Virus record (IMG/VR): IMGVR_UViG_3300045988_027877
Coordinates: 1 to 64,000 of that record
Direction: 5' to 3' (one strand)
Length of the DNA: 64,000 nt
Origin: a virus
Part shown: positions 30,344 through 41,034 of the stretch, piece after piece
Layout: every line of letters begins with the position of its first letter
Numbering within the stretch: the first letter of the stretch is position 1
The notes under the pieces: generated by a model
Told to the model about the DNA's origin: nothing
Database searches by the model: none
Seen by the model: only the letters and a program-made list of their open reading frames with translations
Translations under genes and position numbers: made by a program

Positions 30344-33300
30344 ATTTAAGAAAGTATAATGAAACTACCGGCACTTGGGATATAATCTCTTCAGGTAATG
30401 CTTCTGGTATCATGGTTACAGACCCTCACTTTTTAGATGAGGGTCAAACCTTTAAGTCTGTTAATCAAGTATTAGTAGACATGGATGACAAAGTAGAAGA
30501 GACTAAACGTAATCTTAGTTGGGTAGTATTGAATGGTACTATTGGTGGCGGAGGAGGCAGTGGTGGAACCACAGCGTCTATAAAGCTAACTGATGGTAGT
30601 ATTGTGACTAATGAAGGTGTAAACTATTTGTATTCAACATAGACCAAACTGACACTACACTATCTTATTAGTTCTACTAAGCCAAATGAGAAGTATAATA
30701 TATCTGTATCACTAGATGGTAACACTATAATCAGTAAACAGATTGGTTATTCTTCTGTGCAAGGTACATTAGATATTCCTAATATTGCATAGTTCTCAAA
30801 TTCAGCTAGTCATAGTATAGTAGTTACTGCTGAGAATGCAGAAGGTATATCTGTTACACCGTATCTACTTACAGTAGTAGAATCTTCTATTAGCCTAGAA
30901 TCTTCAGTAACATCTGTAACTGCAACTATTGGATTACCATATAATATCACGTATAAGATAACAAATAAAGTGTTAGGTTCAGAGACTTCTCTTATTGTTA
31001 CTAATACTACTAATGGTATATCTAAGAGTTATTCTGTAGGTAAGTTTACTTCTGTAGAACCTAAACTATTAGATGTTAACTTCTTTGATCTATTTGATGG
31101 TGCTACTCCAACTGCCGGTAGTTCTTATACTATATCTGCTTAGGCTACTACATCAGTAGATACTCAGGTAATCAATTCTGATGTGATAACTAACAAAGTA
31201 GTAGTAGAAGATGGTTAGACACTAGTAGTACTAGTAGATGGAGTAACCACACAAGCAGACATAGAATCTGGAATTGAACCTACTGAGTTTGCACAATCTG
31301 GTAATATATCATTCTCATTTACTCCTTATCTAGCAGGAGTATCTATTATATACTATGCTCTAAGAATACAGAGAGGTACCATAATAAATGATATAGGTAA
31401 CTTTGATGCGGATAGCAGTAATTTCAACTCTAATAGTTATGTGATTAGAGGTAAAGCTCAAGTGTTTAGTTGGTCTATTCCATAGGAAGAAATGTACCTA
31501 GGAGACTATAAAATTACTTTAAGATGCTGGTCTGAGAAAGGTAGTCCTATAACAGATACTATAATCAGATGTAATGTAATCGCTGCAGATCAAAGTTTGA
31601 TCCCTACATAGAATCCTAACAATACCATGTACGCTCAGTGGAATATTAAACAGGCTACATTTCCTCAAGAAACATCTGCTAAAGTATGGTCTAGCATTGT
31701 TCCAAACTTTATAATGCCTGGTCAATAGGAGGAACAATCTGTTACTACTAATCTTAATGTATACGATACTAATGGTATATTATCAGGTTTCTTAAATGAA
31801 GATGGTTAGAGTAAATTAAGATTAGCTGGAGAAGCATATGGTGTAGTTGACCTATAGCCATTCGCTAGTTCTATAGCAGATAATGCAAACTGGTCTAGAT
31901 TAGGTTTTACTATATCTACTACGTTTAAAACAGATTTACATCCGTACAATGACAGAACTGTATTCTTTATAGGAGACTATTCATCAGACAATAGCTTTCA
32001 AGAAGGTATTATAGTAAGTCTAGAAGATGTAATATGGAAGTACACAGATGGAGCTATTAAGGAAAGTATATCATGTAAGATACAACAAAACACTGTAAAT
32101 ACTCTTGATTTTGTAGTAGACCAAAGTAATAAAGAAGTTAAGATATTTGTTAATGGTGTATTGAATGTAGCTAGAGAGATTAAAGATAACTTCACTTGGA
32201 GTACATCAAGTAAGATATATTTAGGATGTACTTACTAGAATGACAAACCTAGTAACTTCAGTGATGTAGAGTTCTATGAAATGAACTTGTTTAGATCTCC
32301 TCTTAATGATAAACAGATAGTTATTAATGCACTTAATGCTAGAGTAAGAGCTACATTAACTAGTACAGGTTCTGTAGATTTTACAGAGTATAACAACTTA
32401 AAGTTAAAGAACTTCTTTAGTATAACAGAGAATAGTAGTTCTTCAACTCTTTGGGATGACTCTACTGGTACATATGCTAAATTGAATTTTAACAGTCTTA
32501 TTGGTGATGTCAATAGAAAACCACCTCTTCCAGTAGTATTAATAAACTGTTCCAATTCTGGGTTTACTAAAGCTGTGTATGAAGCTATTGGACCTAATTC
32601 AACTATGTACAATGGTTGTACACTTAGTTACTTTGATCCAGACTCAACTAGCGGATCTGCTGTATCTACTACAGATGTATCTGTATAGATTCAAGGTACA
32701 TCTTCTACTGGTTACAGAAGTAAGAACTTAGAGATTGCTTTCAATAAAATACTTACAGATGATGAAGGTAAATCTATTGGACCAGAGCTATTTCAACCAA
32801 AAGCTAGTTGGATGCCTGAGAATCAATTCACATTGAAAGCTGACGTTGTAGATAGCGCTCATGCTAATAATGCTTCTATTGGTAAGTGGATTAATGACAA
32901 TGCAGATGTACTATTTGATAAGACACCTCCAATGTAGGAATTGGAATCTAGACGTCCTGTGGATTCTATAACCCCTAGTGAAGTACATAATGAGGTAACT
33001 ATCAAACATACTTTGGAAGGTTTCCCTATCATACTACTTATACAATTCGATGGTACTAGTACTCAAGAGATGTTGGGTATATATTCTTTCAACTTAGGAC
33101 GTGCTGCTTACTACAACATGGGTATGAAGTTCTTAAAGAACTTTACTACTAAGATTAAGAATGTAACTGGAGAATATGTAGATCAACCATTGCCTGCTTT
33201 CATTACTAAGTATGAAGCATATAAAGTAAATGAGAACTTTGGTAGTATCAATCAATAGTAGATTTACTCATATGAATTTGGAGATAATGCTAACATTATT

Positions 33301-36300
33301 GAGACTCCAGAAGGTATACAACATACTGCTCTATTCATGCAGGATGACTTAACCGTATTATAGCATGTAGGAGAATTTAAATATAATGGAGCTACTCAAG
33401 ATGCTACTTCTGTAACTGACAACAATATATGGTAGAGACTGTAGTTACTGTTTACTACATTAGCCGGTATGACTGGTGAAGAGATAAGTAAATACAGATG
33501 GAACACTATAACTAAAGGGTATGAAAAAACAGGAGCTACATATCCTGCATAGCAATCCTGGTCTGCTCTTGCCGATGATCTTACTTTAAGACTAAGTATT
33601 AGAAATGCATATTCATACTTTATGATATGTGTAGTATTCGGTCTTGTGGACTCATTAGGAAAGAATATGGTGTTAAGATCATGGAATGTAGGAGGATCCA
33701 CTACAGATTAGAATATGAATAAGTGGTACCCATGTTTCTATGATATGGATACTGCAAATGGAGTAAGTAATACTGGTGAAGAAAATGTTGCTAAGACGGC
33801 ATATATAGACGGTTTCAGAAATGCAGATACTACTACGGGTGTGAACTCTCTTATAATCAAATAGAACGATCCTAATAACGGGTATGACGAATACTCAAGT
33901 AGATTGTGGGATGTTCTAAGAGATAGTAGATTCATAAGTACTGGAGTATATTCAGGAAGTGATTATAATGGATTATGGGATCTATGGAGAACCAATAGTT
34001 CATTATTAACCAGTTCTTCTATGTTCGTTGAAAACTACTTTAGTGCTTAGACAAAGAACTGTGGAGAACTATTATACAACTATGACTACCGAGTTAAGTA
34101 TCTTACGAAATATTAGAAAGATGAAGATAGCCCTGCGTCATATGCGAATGTGGAGTTCTTGCATGGAACTCGTAATGACTTTGTAAGAGACTGGTTGAAG
34201 AAGAGATTGACGTTTATGGACGGAGTATTCTTATTTGCTAATAATAATATTATCTATCCATACAATGAAAAAGGTTCTTTCAAGTGTGGTGGTGCTTAGA
34301 ATAACAACTCTAAGTTAACTATTAAAATGAATAGTCCTGCTATACTTACTGTGAATATAGGTAATGCAGCAGGTAGTGAAACTAGATATTACATAGAAGA
34401 GAATGTGGATACAGATATATATCTACCGTCTTTATCTTCATTTAATACTCAGATTACAGTAAACAATATGTCTGAGATAAGTAATATGAAAGGACTGGAT
34501 GAAATTAGATTCCAAGGTTTCATGACATCAATGTCGCTACCTAGTATGTCTGAAATAGACGTATAGAATACTAGTACCTTATCATCTAATCCTATTGACT
34601 TTGCTACTATATTTGTTAAGAAACAAGATGGTCAATCTGTATCTGATATTAGACATATAAATTTATCTAATACTAATTTCTGGTCTGGAAATAGTGGCGT
34701 TAACTCATTCCCAGTAGACGTATAGAATTATAATAAATTAAAGACTATTGATATATCTAATGGTTGTGTTACATCTTTAGCATTACCTAATGCAGCTCTA
34801 TCTACTCTTACTTTAACAAACTCTGCTATTGAAAGAGTAACTTTGGCAGACCAACCTTTTATAAGTAAAGTAGATTTTACAGGATGTAATAAATTATAGT
34901 CTGTAGAGATAAGTAACTGTAACTAGATAACAGAATTAGATTTACGTAATCTTAATGACCTAACAAGTATTAATGTTATCGGGTGTGCTAAGTTAACTAA
35001 GATATACGCTCCTAACTGTAACAAACTAGCCACATTTAATGTGTCTAATGCTAATGCTCTTAAGTCTGTAACATTATCAAACTGTAGTAATGCTAGTTTA
35101 ACAATAAGCTTAGTAGGTGCTCCTAACTTAGAAGAACTAAATCTAGACAACACAAATACTACAGATGTAATAGAATTTGCTCCTAACTTCAATAAGCTTA
35201 AGACACTTAATATATCTTCTAGTAACATTAATGCGTTTTAGTTTGGTAATGATCCTGTAGCTACTACAGCCAGTGGAGAAAGGGTATTAGACCTTAGTCC
35301 ATTTAACTTTACTAATCTATATATGTACTATAACAGCTCTAAATATGTTAAGTTTAAGAATAGTAAGACTAATCCTTTTGTGGTTAATAGTTCTACATTC
35401 AATAACTGTTCTGCATTGATTAGAGTATTTGGACACATTAAACTTACATCAGGTAGTGTATTCAGTACTTGTCCTAACTTCTTTATACATGATGTGTTAT
35501 CAGATGTTACTATTAAACCTACCAGGGGATAGTGGTATGGACCAGATACAGACACTGTTGAAGGTAAACAACAATGGAATAACAATCAAGGATTAGAGAC
35601 TAATATCTCAGTAGGTACTAATAATCTAAGTAATTGTTTTGTAGGAACTAAAGTAAACATATATGATGCTTATTATATGTTGAACCTGTGTGATAATGTA
35701 GTTAATATAAATTCTATGTTCCACTCTTGTTCTAATATAAGAACTGACTTTAGTAATCCATTAAGTAGAGATACTTTCAAGTATTGTGGTAATGTGACTA
35801 GTGCTTCTACTTTATTCTATGCTACTAGAATAACAGGACCTATGTATAGTCCTACTCATACTGGGGATACTATTACGGCATATAATGGATTATTAAGTCC
35901 ATTAAAGAAGTTGGTTTCTTGTGATAGTATGTTTAGAACTACAGCTGGTACTTTCTATATAGATGATTTATTCTTTGCATAGATAGGCAATAATCAATAT
36001 TTACAATTAGCGCATCTGTCTAATATGTTCAATGAAGGAGATAGTAATGTTATATTTGTAGATAATTGTAATGAATCATTAACATCAGCTAGTGTTGCAG
36101 AATAGCACAGAGCATATGCTAGAGCATCTAAGCTGTTGAGAAATCTTCCTAATCTAGATACTATAGGAAATATGTTTAATGGTTGTTGGTTTAACTTTGA
36201 TACAGAAAGTATCAATAATGTTACATACAGTCCATTATTTGCTTATAACAAAAAATTAAGAGTAGTTAGTTGGAGTTTCAGAAACATTAAAGCTAAAGGA

Positions 36301-38280
36301 TCATTAATCAATCTATTTGGTGGTAATTCAGAATTTGATAGTAGTAACTTATTCTCTAGATAGATAACCAAATTATTAGGATGTTTTTATATAACTTCTA
36401 ATGATGGAGATAAAGTGTATTTCCCTATACACAATAGTATGTTTAGATAGATTAAACTAACCCTATAGCATATAGGTCATACTGAAGATACTAATCAGAT
36501 ACCTGGTCAATCTAGTACGTGTTTCCATGGAGCAGGAATAAATAGAACATTTGTAAGAGAGTCAGATGAGATATATCCATACGATGTATTCAAAGGAGCT
36601 GTTAATCTAATATCTTGTCCTTGTTTCTTTGCTAACATGACTGTTCCTAATTCTAGTGGAGTGGTATATGAATTACCAGGTACGATATTTCAAGACTGTA
36701 CTAATCTTGTACAGATAACTGGATGTTTCAGAAACCAATCAATCAAATATAAATTAACAGGAAAAGGATTTACTAATTGTAAACTTACTAATGTAGCTTA
36801 TGCTTTCTATGAAGATGAAGGTAACTATTCCAAAGAAGGAGGAGTTCCCTATGGTCTGTTCTATATGGAAAGAGATATAGTAAGATCATCTAAAGGTTGG
36901 AGTCATACAGATGCATTAAGACTTAATATAGACGAAAACTTTGGTATTACTGATGATGGTCAACATGATCCAGATGCGGTACTTCCTAATGCTATAGAAT
37001 ATAGTGATAGTATTAAAGCTATTCGAAGTAGTATAACAGATATGCGTTATTGTTTAGCACGTTTCTAGAGTACTAATGCGGAAGGTTATACTAGAAAACA
37101 GGTAGAGTTGAATAGTGTAGCTGATGCAGGAGACTTAATAATATCTAATGAGAACTATAATGTATCTGAGTATATTGTTAACACTGCATATGATCCTAGA
37201 GATCAGATACCTAATCCTGCATATGATCCAAACAATCCTGGTTCTATTCCATAGTATATAGATAATCCTAATAAAGATATACGTAGAGTAATAAAGAATC
37301 CTGATTACAGTCCATATAAAAAGATATGGAATATTGATTTCTATGACGGAGTATATGGACTAGGAGATATAATTCAGAATAGTACTTTGTATGCTAATAT
37401 ACAGTCAGGAGCTATAACAGATGTTGATCCTAATATTCCAGATGAATTCTTTAATGAGGATGATATGAAGACTCCTACTAATCCTACTGGTAACTATAGA
37501 TTGGATAATATGAACTATATAGTACCATCTGATTTATTCAAATACTGTGTTAATAATACTAATACTAACATATCATATGTTCTTGTTAGTAGTGGTAGAA
37601 AAACTAATATAGGAGTTCAAAGATACAATTATGGTATATATGGTAGAATACCAAGCAGATTATTTAAACCATTAACAAATATATCTAGTTTGTCTAATGT
37701 ATTTGCATACTGTTACTGTATTAATCCATATACTTGGAATGATGAGAACAATAATGGATAGATGTTTCCGCCTGATATGTTATCTAACAATACTGCATTA
37801 AAAAGCGTTTCAGGACTGTTTAAAGGAATATATGTACCAGCTAAGGTTGTAATACCTTCTACTTTACTTAGTAAATGTTTAGCTCTTACTGATATATCCT
37901 ACTTGTTCTTTGATGCTACATTCCAAGGATCTGCAAATGATGTACAGCAATTGAGTGATAATACTTTCCAGTATAACTATATACTTCAGAATATATCATA
38001 CGCATTAGCTAGTACTAATTCATCTGGAGGATGGATGGGACAAGGTCCTAAGAAAATAGGTTCCAATTTGTTTACTTAGGCTAAACATAAAATACTTACT
38101 AATGTTACTGGTCTATTCTATGGAAACACTAGTACTACAGGTTCTGTACCAGAATTCTGGACATGGTTAAATACTCTTACTAATACTAATAAACAAAATG
38201 TATTCGCTTATATGAGTAAGAGTCTTATTACTAATAGTGCTAATATACCAGAACAATGGGCAACTAATATGAGAAATTGA
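30340..38280 (+). CDS. giant multidomain tail/receptor-binding protein, about 2646 aa (38 in-frame TAG)
   Basis: I traced all gaps between track fragments codon by codon from 30340 to 38280. The only interruptions are TAG, and the first TGA is at 38278. Eleven track fragments share this frame. Domains by eye:
- LamG-like (~31900-32330)
- CotH-like (~32690-34250; IQGTSSTGYRSKNLEIAFNK, KWYPCFYDMDTANG)
- classic leucine-rich repeats (LRRs) (~34650-35240)
- BspA-type F..C..L repeats (~35380-38000). Confidence 0.7.
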
Positions 38281-38281
38281 T

Positions 38282-38467
38282 ATGAATATAAAGTCACTAA
38301 CTGATAGAGAGTTATTAGAAGGCATATATACTATGTTGTAGTATGTATTAGTCAAGGTAAACGAAATAGATAATGACGATAAACAATTTGGCATGAACTT
38401 GGCTGCTAACTTACTCAGCAGCATGGTTTATGACGCTCAACCTAGAACTACAAGATATGCAAATTAA
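38282..38467 (+). CDS. hypothetical small protein (one in-frame TAG)
   Basis: Manual translation gives MNIKSLTDRELLEGIYTML[TAG]YVLVKVNEIDNDDKQFGMNLAANLLSSMVYDAQPRTTRYAN with TAA stop. Confidence 0.35.
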
Positions 38468-38693
38468 ATGGTTAAAAGAGAGTAATAGAATGAAGCACCT
38501 GAAGTATGCTATAGTACCAGGTGCTCTGTTCACCATACTATTCGTAGCTGGTCTAGCATCAGGTATGGAGTTTAAAGATAAAATGTATGGTGGTAAATGG
38601 GATTGGTTGGACTGGATAGCTACTATGATCGGTGGTACTATAGGTCAAGCTATACAGATAGGTTTAATATATTTAGTAATGAAATTGTTATGA
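38430..38693 (+). CDS. putative holin (two TM helices)
   Basis: 87-aa track ORF; alternative starts at 38457 and 38490. Hydrophobic helices AIVPGALFTILFVAGLASG and IATMIGGTIGQAIQIGLIYLV. ATGA overlap with the endolysin gene. Confidence 0.5.
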   Translation: MTLNLELQDMQIKWLKESNRMKHLKYAIVPGALFTILFVAGLASGMEFKDKMYGGKWDWLDWIATMIGGTIGQAIQIGLIYLVMKLL

Positions 38694-39091
38694 TATACTT
38701 TACTTTATAGGAGCTAACAAAGTCTAATACAGCTATCGCAAAGAAATTAGATAATACACCAGATGAATAGGCAATAAAGAATTTAAATACATTGGTAGAT
38801 AATGTATTAGATCCTTTACGTAAGTTGTATGGTAAGCCTATCATTGTTACATCTGGTTATCGTAGCCCTGAAGTTAATCGTAGTGTTAATGGAGCTACAT
38901 CTAGTCAACACGCATTAGGAGAAGCTGTAGATATTAGTGTAGGTAGCAAAGAAGAGAATAAAAAATTATTTAGTCTTATAAAGGACAACTTGCCTTTTGA
39001 TCAGCTTATAAATGAACATGACTATTCGTGGGTTCATGTGTCTTACAGAGAGGGAAGATTACGTAAATAGATTTTAAATATTGGTAAATAA
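38690..39091 (+). CDS. endolysin, peptidase M15-type (3 in-frame TAG)
   Basis: MIYFTL[TAG]ELTKSNTAIAKKLDNTP...VTSGYRSPEVNRSVNGATSSQHALGEAVDI...WVHVSY matches the SGYR / S.H / D zinc-peptidase pattern. The N-terminal conserved part is encoded only if TAGs are read through. Confidence 0.7.
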
Positions 39092-41034
39092 TGAAAACAC
39101 TTTTATATAATCCAATATTCATTAATCCTTAGGCATACTATGTATTTCCAAGGTTAACTAGGTATCTGCAGCCAGACAATGAGTCTACTTCAGAACCAGC
39201 TAACTATATAGGTACAATTGAAGTAAAGGTAATAGCATATGGAGATACTACTTTAAAAAGAACCTATACTAATACAGATTCTATAGACCTAAGTGAATTT
39301 AAGAATACGTGGATACGTATTAGTCTATTCACTAAAGTAGGTTCATGTGTCTTAGGAGAGTGGAAGATTGGCAATATGGAATCAGATCTTCCTTATATAG
39401 ATCCAGAAGTATTAGCTTCTCTTAAAGCTGTAGTTATAGTTGGTAATAAGACTAATAATGATTCTGATAGAGCTATAGTCAAGAACTTGGTGGACCCTGA
39501 CAATCCCTTTGTGATTAGCAACGCAGCTTATGATAAAATGTCCAGTTATGGAGGTTATGAGTTTGCTAAGTTTGATAATACTTTAGATTGGTATAATACA
39601 GAAGGCAATGATAGTGTTGAAGTTGTGTCGAGAAATGGGCATAGTATTACTCTAAAAAGATTAACTGGTCCTAATTTTTGGTATTTCCAAAACAGCACAT
39701 TTAGAGGGCTTATATCGAATGTTATTCCATTTAAAGTTAATAGTAATAAGAATATAACTGTCGTTTGGGACGTACACGGTCTTAGCATTTCAGAAGGAAA
39801 AGATAAAAGTGTTAGAGTACAAGAACTTGTATTAAATCCTAATGAAGACAATTATACTAACTTAAAAACACTAAACGAAGAAGAACTAGCTCAAATAGAT
39901 ATTAGTACAAACTCTTTGTATTACTTATTATGGTTTGATTTGTCTACTCTTGCAGTAGATGAAGAAGTAACTATCGAAATGCTTCCCCTGTTCGAAGGTG
40001 CCTTCGTCACCGATGGAATCAACGACCTGATTACTTCCACCAAGACCGTACAGGAGATGCTGGGAGGAAGTAATGAGATTACGGTGGTGAGTATGATTCA
40101 TCAGATAAAAGAATCTATATATAATAATCGTGCTTATACTAATTATATAAGTGGTACTTATGGACATATTAGGAATCAAGTAGCTGACACTAAAACAGGT
40201 ATTTATGGTTATACCGTTACTGATTTAAACAACAGTTCTACAAATATTAAAGGAAGTGTTATTAATAATATATTAGGTGATAAGAACGACTATCTATATG
40301 ATGCAAATACTAATGTTGAGTTAGGTAATGCTAAATATTCAGTACAGAATTATATTAAAAGTGATGGTACAGTAAGTAATATTGGTTCACAACTTGCTTG
40401 GTATTGGACAATCATCGCCAACAAGGTACTGACTACCGACCAAATCAACCAGGTAATCGCCTACTTCAACTTGGATAGAACTCTTAAACCTGATATACTG
40501 TGTAATACTATCAAGCAGGGAATCACCAACGAGAACCACGCAGAGTTTGGCGACAGGCTGATTGACTTTTCCGGTAACGGTAGAGATATTCAGCTGAACA
40601 ATATTGCATGGAAGGGGGATTCAGGTATAGGAAAGTATGAGGTTGATTTCGCATCATTAAATTATAATAATACAACATCAGTATTTACAGCTACCTATAA
40701 ATCATGCTCAATTAGCAAGATTATAAAAGATGGTGTTGGAAATATTTTCTATAATTGGGGACAAACTTTAGCAGCCATTAATTCCACAAAAATACAAGTG
40801 ATCGGATTAGATGAAATTGGAGCTATATTAGAGTTTACGTATTTAGATGAATCCGGTAATAGCACAACTAAACAGTATTCTACCGATGGTATTTATGATT
40901 TACCTGCTTCGGCTGCATATCAAGGTGATTCTCACAATACCAATTTTAGATTTTCTATACGAGGATATATTGGAGACTGTGATATAACCATCACCCAGAT
41001 TCCCTCCCACGCAGGTGCTCTCTGCCTTGACTGA
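39091..41034 (+). CDS. tail fibre protein with LamG-like modules, N-terminal part (ends at the in-frame TGA at 41032)
   Basis: ATG 39091 is in frame with track ORF 39376..41034 through a single TAG (39130-39132). Motifs LFEGAFVTDGINDLI and LIDFSGNGRDIQLNN. Patchy GC content. Confidence 0.6.

Noticed and set aside
8488-38280. Reading the many TAG-interrupted ORF fragments as pseudogenes, frameshifted assembly or a degraded prophage.
   Set aside because: The fragments stay in a single frame over kilobases. TAG is the only interrupting codon. TAA/TGA still terminate every merged gene, and a CUA-anticodon tRNA is encoded. Reassignment explains all of this.
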